Shown one piece after another: positions 1 to 13,384 of a DNA stretch of 51,689 bases. This stretch comes from Trichonephila inaurata (taxonomy: Eukaryota), in assembly GCA_019973955.1 (NCBI GenBank), contig BMAV01009759.1, forward strand, positions 138,155 to 189,843, read 5' to 3'. Every line of letters begins with the position of its first letter. The stretch's first letter is position 1. The position numbers and the translations under genes were made by a program. Below the pieces are notes generated by a model. That model was not told the origin of the DNA. It searched no databases and saw nothing but the letters and a program-made list of their open reading frames with translations.

Positions 1-104
1 TTTTGCTTTATTCAAAAATTTTTAAAATTATTTATAGTTGAATTTCAGTTCCAAAGTTTCTATTACTTATAAAGATTTATTGATATGTATATATATTTTT
101 TCAG

Positions 105-213
105 TTGTCCTGTAAATTGTCTTGATCATCATCCTTACAAGCAACAAGTTGCTTGTGGCTTATGGAATGGAAATATAGAAATATGGGATACAGTTTCTTT
201 AAAACGGAACAGT
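105..213 (+). CDS. WD40-repeat protein gene, internal exon (first visible in window; gene continues upstream)
   Basis: Acceptor tttttcAG at 102-104, donor GTTAGT at 214. Translation CPVNCLDHHPYKQQVACGLWNGNIEIWDTVSLKRNS contains a WD-type ...GNIEIWD motif. Phase is consistent with the next exon. Confidence 0.65.
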
Positions 214-1067
214 GTTAGTAATGATTTAAAAAATATCTATTTTGCTTTCATTTTTTGTTCTTGTATCAAGTTTTGGGTTCTTAGAAATTTTATAAAAATG
301 TATTGTAATTTAATATTCAAATACTTTGAAGAATCAAATGTATTTAGAGATATTTTGTGTCTACTGTTTCAATTTATTAAAATTGAATAATTATGTCTTA
401 TTTTGAAAAATTTGCTTTTTTAAATATCAGTTGTCATTAATATCCTTTTAAGCAATGCATGCTGGAATTTGAAATTATTAAAAAATTTGAAACATGCTGT
501 TTTCTGAGCTAAACTATTTAATAAACATATTGATTGCGTCTTAAAAAATAAATGAGTTTTGAATTTTTTTCAAATTATCTGGTGTTATTAGTTTTTTTTT
601 CTGTTTAAAACATGGTAAAATTGTTGTATTTCATGAAACATCTAATTTCCATGTTGTATGAGCACATGATTATTTATACATTTTTTTTGTGTGTGTTTTT
701 CTATATTGTATAATTTTTTACTAAAATTTAAGAGCCTGTGCAATCTAAACACTTCCGTGAGACGAGTATAAGTTGAATTTCTCAGTGAATACGAATTTAA
801 GTTATATTGATTTATTACAAATATACATTCAAAATTAATATAGATTATCTTGAATGGCTTACTATAATTTTTATGTACATTATTAATGAATTTTATATTG
901 TATATTTTTGTGAGAGACATTCATTTTGGGAATAATGAATAATTACTTTTATTGTTTTTACTACCCTTCTCATATGTTAATTTGGTTTATATTAATGTTA
1001 ATATATATGATACACACATTCTCCTCCTTTTGAATGAGTTTTTATATTATTCTCATTATTATTTCAG

Positions 1068-1187
1068 ATACTTCCAAATAATAGCTCATCAGTTAAGTCA
1101 TTAGCTTTTACATCAGATGGTATCAATATTATTTCATCGTATATTAATTCAGATGTGATAATCTGGTCGTCTGAACAGAATTTAAAG
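1068..1187 (+). CDS. WD40-repeat protein gene, exon
   Basis: Acceptor ttatttcAG, donor GTATGT. Translation ILPNNSSSVKSLAFTSDGINIISSYINSDVIIWSSEQNLK (WD-like SDGxxI...IWS). 120 nt, phase 0. Confidence 0.75.
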
Positions 1188-1413
1188 GTATGTGTGTTTT
1201 ATGTTTTCATAATTAAAAAGTTGATATGAATTTTATGCTTTTAAATGAAATATTTAGACTGAATTTACAAACCATTTTCAGAAATAAAATGGGATATGTA
1301 AAATTTTCTCTTTCTCTCTCTGTGTATATATATCTTTTTTTCTCTCTTTTGTGAAAGGGTAAAGTATGAATTATTTTTCATTACTCTTCATGTATATAGT
1401 ATTTCTGTTTTAG

Positions 1414-1512
1414 ATCTCAAGTCTGAAAGGACATGCTTTACCTGTGAAATCTATTAGTTGCTCACCTCTAGGGGATATGATTGTTAGTGGAAGTGATGAC
1501 TGCACACTTAAA
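1414..1512 (+). CDS. WD40-repeat protein gene, exon
   Basis: Acceptor ctgttttAG, donor GTTAGT. Translation ISSLKGHALPVKSISCSPLGDMIVSGSDDCTLK, a canonical WD40 GH...SGSDD motif. Confidence 0.8.
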
Positions 1513-2559
1513 GTTAGTATATTTTCATTATTATACATCATATTACATTAAAATAAATTGTGTGGTTTTAAAGCAATGAATTACCATTTTTAAAAGAATT
1601 GTTTTATTAAGTATAATATTTTGAAAGATAAAAAGAGTAATGTCTAAAATTAATTTTCTTTAAAAAATGACAAAGCAAACACAACTTTTTTAAAGTTAAT
1701 TTTTTCGAGTTATATGTTTTCCAATGTTTTATTATTTCAAACACTAGAAACATTAATTTGTATGCATCATTGTGTAAATATATAATTTTTATTGGTATAA
1801 CAATTTGCATTAACTATAACTTTTTTCACTGACATGTATTTCATTTTATAAGAATTGCATTTTCAATTTAAAAAGTTCTATATCTTATTCTAATTTTTTT
1901 TTAAAAAAATTTAGTTAAAATTTGCTTTACAAGTGTGTTGTTTATTTGATAAATTTTAAACGTCTTAACTGGAAATTTTTTTTCTGATATTCAATAGTAT
2001 AAACAAGTAATTTACATAGGATCTTACATGCAAACTTTTATGTGTATTTAACAAGTGGTTTCCTTACCTGGCAGGAAAATGCCTTTACAATACATTGTAT
2101 AAGAAATTTCTTTTTAGAAATTTTTGGTGTAAGTGTTGTAAAAAAGGTGTTTTTAGAAACTTGTGTTTAAAATTATAATGTTGTGTTTTACACATTGTTA
2201 TTGTAACAAAATTACTATTTCTCAGAATTTTAAACAAGTTGAATAATTCAATAAAGTTAAATATGATTATTAATAAATTTTTGGCAAAATTTTGCGTTCT
2301 TCATCTTTGGTTTTGTATTTGGTTGCTAACTTTATTTCTTATAATTGATAAAGCTTTCAAACTGCAGTATCTCAGTTGCCAAAATTTTTCTTTCTAATGG
2401 GGTTGCAGTTTGGTAATTACCATTGCAGATCTTGGGCATTTCCCTGGAGCTGGTATCACTTTTTAATGTGGTACCATATAGGTGGATGTCGATTACCACA
2501 ATCTAATATTGACGCCCAGTTTCCTACCCAGAAGGGGGCATCTGAGCTCTATCAATGCA

Positions 2560-2775
2560 AACCTGTACTAGGAGTGTAATTTTGCTGAGATCATCCTAGT
2601 CAAACAGGCACTACTCTAGGGATCTTTAACATGCCGCGTAATCATATGACATGGACACTGTCGGTTTTTGCAGCATGAAATTTCACCAACCTGGACTGGA
2701 ATCGAACCCACAAACTTGGATGTACAAGGCCACAGGGCCAAACTAACTATGCCACCCACCTGGCTTCTTGCCAGA
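2560..2775 (-). mobile_element. tRNA-derived SINE (head at the right end; the body may extend to ~2380)
   Basis: The reverse complement of 2690..2774 reads as a tRNA-like GCCAGGTGGGTGGCATAGTTAGT...GGGTTCGATTCC with A/B-box-like arms. Confidence 0.55.
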
Positions 2776-3349
2776 AATAGCATTGATAAAATGAAGTAAT
2801 GTTAAATTCTGTGTTCAATGTTTGTTACTTCTAAAATACCTTTACATGAGTTAAATTTATTTTTAATGCATGAGGAAGAACTAATACCATTTATAAAAAT
2901 TAAACAACAAAGAAAAGTGTTAATTAATTCAATGAAGAATTCACAGCTAGAAAGCTTGTATACGTGTCTGGAGACGAAAACCAGAGAGTTATTTTTATTT
3001 AATAATTTGCAAATTAACATTTTTAATCTGCACACACATATTTATTATAAAAATAGTATATCTAAGAGAAAACTTCATTTAAAAAAAATAGTAAATTCCT
3101 TTTAGTAGTATTTCAGCATTACCCAGAATACCTACTGATGGTAATAGTTTGATTTTAATCTTAGACAATTTTTTTTGAATACACCCCTGGCTTAAATGTC
3201 AATTCATCTTTATTTTATCGCCTGTGTTAACGCTTATCGAAGTTTTTGGATGTTGTCGTGGCTTTAGAGGTATCAGGATTACTATCTTTCAGTCTGCAAT
3301 GTTCAGATTGATCCATGTTTTCGAATTTTGATTCAGGTATATATGTATG

Positions 3350-3576
3350 TGGTAGCGTTACTGCGCTTCTACGTCATAGGTCAGGGGTTCAAATTCCGGG
3401 CTGGGCAAGGTCGATTCAGCCTTTCATCCTTTCAGTGGGTTGATAAATGAGTACCAGGCTTGCTTGAGAACTAAACACTGGAGATTTTGCGTTGCTCATG
3501 ATCATGTTTACTGAGATGGGCACAGGAGGCCTTGGTCTTCATGGGCTGTTGGGGCGCTGGATTTTGGGTTTAGTTA
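3350..3576 (+). mobile_element. tRNA-derived SINE
   Basis: tRNA-like head GGTAGCGTTACTGCGC...GGGGTTCAAATTCCGGG. It is GC-rich against the AT-rich intron and is followed by (TA)12. Confidence 0.55.
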
Positions 3577-3600
3577 TATATATATATATATATATATATA
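3577..3600. repeat. (TA)12 microsatellite between the SINE and the ~355-bp repeat
   Basis: Uninterrupted TA run. Confidence 0.9.
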
Positions 3601-3952
3601 AGGATAATTAAATTAGATTAAAAATTAAATTCCCTATCTAGCACTTTACTTTTATTTTCCCCACACCTTGTCAAGTATCAAACTAATCACCCATTTATTT
3701 CTTCCGAACATATGGCCTAGCCAATAAACATGTCTAATTCCAGATCGTTATATTTAATAGCCCTATATGTCAGCATTAACTTTCAAGAGCACTCATGAAC
3801 GCCGCGATCGGTGTTTTAAGTGTTTAACCTTTTTAAGATTTTCGGTGGCGTTTTTTTTCTCTCTGCCTCTTGCGTCAGAAGAGATGTACTCATTCTAGAA
3901 TAAAGGCTTTTTTTAAAACTAAGTTTATTTCTGACTTCAAATCATGTCAGAA
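3601..3952 (+). repeat. ~355-bp interspersed/terminal repeat, copy 1
   Basis: Aligns along its full length with 6164..6520. Confidence 0.8.
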
Positions 3953-6163
3953 ATAAAGCCGGCAGGATTCTATCTGCGAATAAATTTCGAATCTTAAAGT
4001 AAAACTAATCTCAATAGTAAAATAATCTTAAATTAAAAACGAACGCCAACGACCGTAATAAATGATATGGAGAATTTGATGGAGCACCGACAGCGCTCTA
4101 CATATCTTTATTGAAGACATCAGGTTGCCGAAAATGAAAAGGAATGCTCTATGGTAAGAAAGGAGAAGAAACGCGATTTTGATCGCGAGAAGAAACCGTT
4201 TTTATCGCTGAATATTTCTGTCTTTGCTGAAGAGGCCAGCCGGATTGCCGTGAGTGAAAGAAACAACGTTCTAATGGTGAAGAAAAAAAATAAAAAAAAA
4301 GAGAAGCGTGGATCCCCTATTCCCATTAAGAAAGACATCGCTCCCTTCCGACAGAAAAAAATCTTCTTCTTCTCGGAATGGTATTGTGAATTAATTCCAA
4401 TAATACAGTGATTTGACCAACATCGAAAAAAATTACTAAATCAAATCATTGGGCAACAACATCTGGATTACCGTTCACCAAGGGTTTCTGCCGCTACGAA
4501 GTGGATTTCAGTTAAATTATATATTTTTAATTTTAGGAACATTGAAGTGACTGAGTTTTGCTGAACAGAACTTTAAGAATAATAATAATATATGATATGA
4601 TATATTTAATTTTTATAATATAATTATGTTAAATGAGATATTCTTTATATTTTAATTGAGAAAACTAAGTGTATAGGTTTTGTCATACAAAATTTTGAGA
4701 AATTTTAATATACTTCTCATAATTTTATCTTAAGATGTCGAATGAGTTAACATTTATGATAGAAATTGGTGTTTTAAAGTTGAAAGATATAAATTAAATT
4801 TTTAGAAAATTGACTAATGTACTAATACTAGTGATATTGATTTTTATAAGAAACAAAAGTAAAGTCACGTTGCATTCTTTTTTCTCCACTGAATTTTATT
4901 GCTTTGTTAATTATTTTATTCAGCAGTAACCTTATTTCATGTCATTTAAATTTTTTTCATTTTGAAATTGTGTGATCTGATATACCGGCCATGTATCAAG
5001 ATTCACTATATCTCGAAATTTTCTTCTCATCTAAATTTAAAATTAATTTAATTGAAGCTTATTTTTGGATATTGTTCAGTGGATAAGGGAGAATACAATC
5101 ATTATAATTTTGTATATGTCTTCAAACATTAGGACAAACGTGTTCAGTTTGATATGTACACCTCTTATTGTTTTCTTATTAGCATCCTTGAACATCTGTG
5201 ATTTGATCACGCAGATTTCTCAGAGAGATGTGTTCAAAAATAAGTAGTGTGGTACAGTTTATATTAGTGAATGTGTTATATAAGAGAAAGTCAAGAATTT
5301 TGTCTATGAAACGAATACTTAGAAGGTTACGGAGATATTCAAAATATTGTATGCGATATTGTGTTAAGTTACAGTGAATATTGTGGAAATTTTACATAAA
5401 TACTAAAGGTGATGATAGAAGAGAGTTCACATTTCCGACTCACAATTATTTAAAGAGCTCTTTTAAATCTTATAACTCTTATATTCTTTTATTCCTATAT
5501 TCTTATAGTTTATAACGCATATGAAATAAAAATATTGTTTATTGTGTTGAATAGTGCATATAAGTTGTTGTACACCGTTTTCATATTATTAATAATTTCA
5601 TTTTATTAGTGTCTATATTTTTTTTATCTTTTTAAAAAATGTATTTCATATATGCAAAATGTTGAGTATTACTACGATGGCGCCAGAGTAGATTTTTATA
5701 CAAAATTAGTATTTTAATATTTGTATGATACCATGTATTTTTATGTCTACTATCTTATTGTTTGATATATTATTTTCCAATATAAAATTTTTTTTTGAAA
5801 ACATCTGCTAGCTATAATACAAATCTATTATTATGAAGAAATAAAAGGAAATGTGAGCTCTTATTCTGGATGTCGAATAGATTTGAACAAGCTAATCTTC
5901 AGTTATATGTACAGAAATTCATTTTTATCAATTAATATTTTGGAAGTGTCATTACTGTGTTTGTTATAGTTTCATTTATTTTAGAGCAATTTGATTTTTG
6001 TATTCATTTTACATAAATATTTCTACTGTGTGTAATATGCGTTTCCAAATGATGTTATGTATTGTTTTCTATATGTTGAAATTTGATTAAGTTTGTAAAG
6101 AGAGAAAAAACCTCGCCATTACTCCCTTTTAAAATTGGGGCGGGGGGCAAATATAAGGATAAT

Positions 6164-6520
6164 TAAATTAGATTAAAAATTAAATTCCCTATCTAGCACT
6201 TCACTTTTATTTTCTCCTCACCTTGTCAAGTATCAAACTAAACACCCATTTATTTCTTCCGAACATATGGCCTAGCCAATAAACATGTCTAATTCCAGAT
6301 CTTTATATTTAATAGCCACATATGTCAGCATTAACTTTCAAGTTCACTCATAAAATCTGCGATACTTATCACATCTGCTTTTTAAGTGTTAGTCCACTTA
6401 AGATTTTTACGGTGGCGTGCTTTTTTGCTCTCTGCATCTTAGCGTCAGAATATGTCTAACTTTCATCCAATAAAGATCCTTTTTAAAAACTAAGTCTGTT
6501 TCTGACTTCAAATCATGTCA
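6164..6520 (+). repeat. ~355-bp interspersed/terminal repeat, copy 2
   Basis: Aligns along its full length with 3601..3952. Confidence 0.8.
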
Positions 6521-7250
6521 TATATATGGGGGAAATTTCCATATGAACATTCTTTAGAGGGCGCTGGGAACGCAGTCACCAGCGAAGTAACGAGGGAGAT
6601 GGGGATTGAGCGAGCGGACTCTAGACGCGGAGGTCGAAGATCCGGTGCTGAGAAATAAGGAGCAACGAGAAAAGTGGCCGAGTAGGGACCCACCACCCGT
6701 TGTTCACAAGATAGACGCGTAGGTCACTCTCAACAAAAAATACCAAAGACTGTCGTGAAGAATACGTGTCATCAATTGTACTAGAACTGTCGTTAAGAGC
6801 CAGAGGTGTTTAATCGAAATGTAAATATTTTATTATATGTGTAAACGTCTGTCGTAGTGAGTAGAACTTTAGTGTATCTGTTGTCCAGCATTAAACGTTA
6901 GTTTAGCAAAAAACGAGTGTAACCATTGAATACCCCTAGAACTGAGCTATAATCATATATATATATATGTGAGTGTGTGTGTGTTTAGTTTCTAACGCAA
7001 TTTTACTTTGAAAAGTTACAATCTGTTAATTTCTTTAATGCAATTACAGTGAGATCCGGATTATGTGGGTAAGCTTGTTAAATAATAAAATGTGGGCCTT
7101 GAAGGAATGGACGATCAATAATTAAAAAGTTATTAAAACTGATATTAAAGGGAATTATCACACACACCCATATATATAAGTAAGTTATTCATTTTGATGA
7201 ATGCAGTCGTTTTTACAGTTTTAACAGTTATATATGTTTCTGTTTTTTAG

Positions 7251-7395
7251 GTTTGGCCTACAGAATCTGGCCTTCCTATTAGTACTTTTTCTTCTTGCAA
7301 ATTTTGTCCTATTAGTCTGCTGGAAATCATATCACCTAACTATTTGGCCATTGCGTTTCAAAACTCTGACATATGGGTCTTGGACATGAACACTG
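7251..7395 (+). CDS. WD40-repeat protein gene, exon
   Basis: Acceptor tgttttttAG, donor GTTAGT. Translation VWPTESGLPISTFSSCKFCPISLLEIISPNYLAIAFQNSDIWVLDMNTG. Ends in phase 1, which is completed by the next exon. Confidence 0.7.
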
Positions 7396-7593
7396 GTTAG
7401 TATTTTACATTCAATGAATACTTTATTGTATTATATAAATCAGTGATTTTTTAAAAAAAAAGTTTGAAGTTTCAGTAGCATGTATTAATCTAATACTTTG
7501 ATGAAATCACAGTAAAATCTTATAATTAGGCTTCAAGCAGAAATGCAGACAGCATAAACTGTGCATAATATTACTACTTTCCACTTTAAAAGA

Positions 7594-8065
7594 AGTCGCC
7601 CAACAGGTATAGTGGTTAGCGACGCTGACTGTGGTGCCGTAGGGACTGGGTTTGAATCCCGGAGAAGACATGGATGTTTGTAAATGTATAGTGCCTTTGC
7701 GGCATGGGGGGTACTCTAACTAGGCGTCGAGCCGCAAGTCCTCTTGTGAGGTTGGTGGAAGGGGAAGAGAGGTGGGATGATCCTGGCCACCCCTAAGGTT
7801 TTCTCCCTCTAAATTGGGGTGGAACCGAGGAAAATCATACTGTCACCTGCATGGTGCTCAAAGCTAAGGCTATCGATAGGCGTAAAAATTCTAGCCTTTA
7901 GCCGCGATGAATTTTGCGGGCCTCGATCTGACTTCGTCAGGCAGGTGGCATTAGAGTCCCAACAACAAAAATTTAAAAAGAATGTCGAGTTAAGAAGCTT
8001 ATTTTATGAGCTCGATTCATGTGATGTCATGGTCACAGATGCAATGACATGTATAGGGCCTTTCA
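7594..8065 (+). mobile_element. tRNA-derived SINE, longer family
   Basis: tRNA-like head GTATAGTGGTTAGCG...GGGTTTGAATCCCGG, followed by a GC-rich body. The supplied ORF 7819..8184 lies inside it and is spurious. Confidence 0.5.
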
Positions 8066-8480
8066 GTTCATATGTTTTGTTTATTGCTTGCTTTTGCCTA
8101 TTACAGAAAATATCTTTAAAAAAATTATATTTGTGTGTTTACAGTATTATATCAATTCTTGCAAAATATTCATGTTTGGCTTAGAAAATTTCTTAAAGTG
8201 TTAGATCATTTTTCTTGTCTTTGATAGAGAAATGAAGTTGCTGTTGTCAAACATTTATAACAAGTAAAATAATATTACATTTTAGTCTATTTTCAGTTAA
8301 TTATTTATATCAGAAATTTAATATATGTTTTATATCTTTACAAGTTATCAGATAAAAAATGGAAATCTGTTTTGGTCCAGGAATGTTTAGTGCTCATGTA
8401 ATTTTTTTAGTTGCTTACTACAGAGAAGGAATTTCTTTGTCATTTGAAGTGATCAAACTACATTGATTTATTTTTTTCAG

Positions 8481-8620
8481 GATTTATTGCGACTAAGATG
8501 GCTGTAGATGCAGACATTGTTACTTGTTTTAGTAAATATGATTCAACTACATATGCATCCACAGAGAAAAACTGGGTTGATTTATCTCTGGTATTTGGAA
8601 CTCAAACTGGAAGAATATTG
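8481..8620 (+). CDS. WD40-repeat protein gene, exon
   Basis: Acceptor tttttttcAG, donor GTAAGA. Translation (G)FIATKMAVDADIVTCFSKYDSTTYASTEKNWVDLSLVFGTQTGRIL. The phase joins cleanly with the previous exon. Confidence 0.7.
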
Positions 8621-8696
8621 GTAAGATTTTCTATTCTTTTCTTCTACTGTATTTTAAATCTCTTTTAAAGCCTCTTTTATTTGAGTGAATCTCTTG

Positions 8697-8870
8697 GCAT
8701 AATGGGGAATATTAGCTCCCCTTCCCCCTGCAAAGTCAGGTTTCAAACCCCAAGCCGGATCTTACATAGTAAATGTACTTGGTTTGATTCAGGCTCTTTG
8801 GGACCCCTGGAATCCTGCCCCCCGGCAATGCTGGGGTGTACGTTACGCCACTGAGTGAATCAAAGTTTTA
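8697..8870 (+). mobile_element. SINE-related fragment (the gttacgccactg family that also occurs at 41800 and 50700)
   Basis: Shares ...attagc(g/t)cccc...gtacttgg...gtgtac(a/g)ttacgccactg(c)gagtga with the copy at 50700..51075. Confidence 0.45.
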
Positions 8871-11800
8871 TAGCTGATTAACGTCTGGGTTTAAGCTCTC
8901 TTAGTCATCTGCAATCACATTTTTTGGAATCTTTGTCTCTGGGAATTGACCTGTAACGAAAAAATTTAGTTCACACTTCCAGAACTCACTTTGAGATAGT
9001 TTTTCAGGATCCATCCTCCTGAATATAAAATTCAATGAATTTTCTTGCAATGATATATAGTTCCAATGCTGAACGTTCATCAGATCTAGTATTAGTAATG
9101 CAGTTTGAAATGTATGTTTTTAATTGACGAGATTCTTTTCGAATCTATGATAAAGCTGTTGTTGAGTCATTACACAGTTAAGTTCAGACACTATAATCTC
9201 ATTATAAGATGTCACTCAATTCCTTAGTTTGGTCCATAGTACAACCACAAACTCTAAGCAAGGTATTGTCGTTCGTTTGAGGGAAGAGATCTCAATTAAT
9301 TTGACTGACCTGGCGATTAGTTTTACTGTAATTAAAAGTTCTTTCTGCTCTACCATAGTTAACTGCTCCCTCCTTTACTAAGAATGCATCTGGGAATCCT
9401 GATATTATTGATATGGAGCAGTAAGTTAAAGAATAATTGCAACTCTTGTTCTTTTATGGGTTGATACTTCCTGCCTATTGAAAACAACCCCAACTTAGGA
9501 ATTAATATCTTTGATTTCGTTCAATTGATTGTGAAAGACCTAAGAGGTCAAAAATATTTGTGTGATAGTTGACAATAACATACAATTGTTAAATGGGGCA
9601 CCAGACTCTACTTTTGCCTTGATTGAAAAACTGTATATTTTTTGTTGTCATGGACACTCAAAGCCTTTATTTTTCAATGTTTCGAAATTAATAAACAATC
9701 TGAGTGATCATTTGAGGAATTGGAGATTTCCTAATTGTTTATGTTACTACCTGCTTAAAAAAACACCGATTGACAGATTTTGAAAAGCTCCTTTGCTTTA
9801 TCTAGTGTATCTGATCCTCTTGTCACATCGTCCATATAAAAACTGTCAAGTATTACCGGTGCTGCAATAGAAAACTCATTTGCTTCTATAGCTAATTGTT
9901 TTAAAACTCTCACTACCTAAAATGGGACAATAATTGGGCCATATATCATAAACTTCAACTAAGTTCATAAATTTTTATTGGGTCATTCATCTTTTCCATC
10001 CATAAGGTTTTTTGAAGAAGTCTTTAACTAGGAGGAATAATATGCAATATACTTTTACGATGTTCTGTGTAAATGCATAAATATACTTTCTGAACCGCAT
10101 CACGATTGATAGCAAACATTCACTGTCCGTAGTTCCATCATTATATTGCAAATAATTTAATGATTCCTTGTTTACTGTGGAAATATAGCGTTGAAAACTG
10201 CATGTAACGGCGTCGACTTATCTCCTGTATATGACTAAATTTGATATAATGTAAGTTGCGTTGTCTTCAGACTTTTGTACTTCATTCATGTGCCCTAAAT
10301 CTATATATTTTTTCAGGAAGTTTTGGTACAAAAATAAATAATCTGCATCTTTCATAGAAGATTTAAGAGTGAATTGATTTCTGAAATGCTGTATCTGTTG
10401 ATTTTCTTAAAGAAATAGGGTCTTCCTTGAGGGGGTTCCTAACAGGGTATCTACTCTACACATTTTTATGCAATTTTCCTTAAAATGTTTTTCACGAATC
10501 ATACTCTGTTTACTTTTAAATTTTTGAGGCTGATTTCTTACCACATCCTAAAATTTTTTAAAGGCGTCTTCTGAATCAACATTATTATAAATAAATCTAC
10601 AATATAAATATTTTTATCGTTTATAGCACTATTGATTAAAAATCCAAAAACAGTATTTTGAAGAGCCAATCTTGAACTGGGATTGTACATTAGCCCTGAT
10701 CTCAGAAGTTAATAAAAAGTTTCCACAGCTAACAATATACCTACACTACTTAGTTTTAATTTTTTATATGCTAATTAAATATTATTTAAGTCTTTAAATA
10801 AGTAACTCTCAAAGCCATAAAAAAATCCAATCTTCTCAAAGAGCTTAATAAGATTTTTTATTGTTTCTCTAGTTTTAGATTTTATCATCAGTCAAGAATT
10901 AATTTATCTGGATATCACATAATATTAATTTTATCTATGTTTAATTAGAACCTATCCGTGTATTCTCTGGTCTTAGAATTATTGATAGAGCAGTTGTTTG
11001 TGATATTACTCCCAGTTATTGTGCGTCATAATTTTCATTTTATGAAATTCAGATTAATATTTTGGTCGCAAATATTGTCATTACTTCCATTTAAAGATTA
11101 CTTTTTCTTTCTATTAATAAAATAAAAATCTCATTTTTCTTTGAAATTTTAATTGTTCTTTTATTAAATAGTTTTTGTGACATACAATTGATTTACACAT
11201 TGTAAAAATAACATGATCAAAAATTTGTTTTCTTGAACTAAAACTAATTAATCTGTAATTTAGTGCAAATGTTCATTGGCTTATTGTTAATTTTTTTTTT
11301 GATACATGTGATCAATAAGTCTTGAAATATGGTTTTTAAATAATTTTTACTTTATATAATATTTTTATGTGTAGTGTAATTATAAACATGTTTTCAAAGT
11401 ATAGGTATATTATTTTTCTTTCATGAAAAATTGAAATCACACAGTATAAAAATGGTGGAACTTAATTATCACTCAATTTATATTAATATCTTGACACATG
11501 GTTAATTTAACTCGCAGTTTAGCAATCGTGAGCTCTAATTACCGTTCCTTAACAAGATCAGACTGTGTATGAAGAGGAATAATACAAATAAATATCTGTT
11601 CCCATAATTATTTTTTATTCTTATATTTTATTTTATCTATTCTGGAAATTTGGCATTAATGTCAATCGTGAATAGAAATTTTTCTTTCAAATATAAGTTT
11701 ATTAATTTTTACATATTATGTTCTCTGCTATTTTTTGCATTACAATATAGTAATACGGATGTTTCAATGTATGTATAAACTGATTGCACAACAAACTGGG

Positions 11801-12269
11801 TATGATTGTACACTATTTTTTACCACTTTTTGTGGTTAAGACAATCCATCAGGTGCAGTAATATGTTTCTCAGTTTAGTTAGAATTACCTTTTTGTAACA
11901 ATAAAAAAAATAAAAATAAAATTTGGTAAAATAGAAAAATGAACATCTAAATTTTACTGTACATAAATCAAAATAGTGTTTCAAAATCCCTCGTCCAGTT
12001 TAGCTTTTTGTTTCATGTTAAATACTTTTTGTAGTTTTCAATATATTATATTTTCTACTTTTTTAAATCTATCATTAAACTACAGTTGACTTTAAAAGTA
12101 GGATTAAAAAAATAAAACTTTTGAATAATGTCAATAATTTTAAAAAAATTATATGTGTCCCTATTAAAAAGTAGTATAATTAAATAAAATGTTTGAAAAA
12201 AAAATGTAATAAGATTTTTTTCCATTGAACAACTTCCATTTTTCCTCAACTAATAAATTTTCATTTCAG

Positions 12270-12405
12270 GTGGGAAACTTATCTTCATCAGAGATAATCA
12301 CTGTAGGAAATGTTAAATCTCGTATTACAGCTCTTGTTCATAACAAAAGTATAATAGTCTGTGGTAGTTGTGAAGGTGGCATCAGATTATTTTCCTATCC
12401 AGAAC
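12270..12405 (+). CDS. WD40-repeat protein gene, exon
   Basis: Acceptor tcatttcAG, donor GTAAGT. Translation VGNLSSSEIITVGNVKSRITALVHNKSIIVCGSCEGGIRLFSYPEL. Confidence 0.7.
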
Positions 12406-13384
12406 TGTAAGTGTTTTTTCCTAAGTTGAAATAGGAATACATAATGAAGTAAAAATATCATATTTCTGTATTTATGTTGCTTCAGTAAATTTGTCTGTAT
12501 GTCAAAGTTTTTTAAATATCAATCTTTTTGACATTTTAAGCATATTTTCATTTCTTATACATATATATTAAAAGTTGTGAGAGAATGCAATTTTATTGAC
12601 GGGGAAGGGGTGGCGCACCTTTATTTAGCCTTATTACAATTTGCCTCCGACGAAGGATTGAAAAATATAGTTCATGCACAAAGTTCAAGGGATATCCATT
12701 TTTCGCATGGAATAGTCTTGAATGTTGGTAATGTACGTGGAAGTGGAAACTAGGCACTGGTTTAGTTCCCTAAAATCCCCATAAAGGCTCAATGATGTTG
12801 AAATAGGGAACTGAGGACACCATGTGCGTTATTCCACTTCATACATCATCCTTTTGAAACATTAGACATTCTACAGAAACCAAAGTGTGCGTCTAAAACG
12901 TACAGTGGAAATAATCTGTGGTACGATCTTTCCTCCACAGGGCTGAGTGATCGTCAGACTAGGTAACTTGTTCCCATTGCTGTTGTGTTCAGTTTTGCTG
13001 GTCTTGACGCCACTGTTTTAACTTAAAAGAATTCGATGGGGATATTAGCGTTTTTGGCATAGTCGTTTTTCCATGAATGCAGGGTCACTGTTTGGGTATA
13101 AGGCGCCCTTTTATGGGTTCTGTTGCACTCTAATAAAGTGCTGCAAATTATATGTGAAATACTTTTCTGTAGTATTCAAAATTTGACTTTCGAACCAAAA
13201 AGCTTTAAAAGTATATTAAAACACGTTTGTCTTATTGCTTTTTTACTATTTCATAAATTTTAAAAACAAAACAATGATAAAACATTTTTTTAAAGGAATT
13301 ATAAAAATTAGAAAATATATTCAAATATTGACTCTCCTAGCTGTAGCAGCTACAAACGCTCGTATCAATTCCTTTATATCTAAT

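Larger units (their letters stand above)
3601..6520 (+). mobile_element. Candidate non-autonomous LTR-like element (LARD/TRIM-like): a ~2.2-kb non-coding core between ~355-bp direct repeats
   Basis: Direct repeats at 3601..3952 and 6164..6520 are ~88-90% identical and both end in ...caaatcatgtca. TA-repeat sequence lies immediately outside both ends. No convincing PBS or ORF is visible. Confidence 0.4.

Noticed and set aside
85-390. Track ORF of 101 aa beginning with ATG at 85
   Set aside because: Only 105..213 is exon. The ATG lies in intron sequence upstream of the acceptor, and the ORF reads on through the GTTAGT donor into AT-rich intron.
7819-8184. 121-aa ORF
   Set aside because: It lies inside the tRNA-derived SINE at 7594..8065, and the translation has low complexity.
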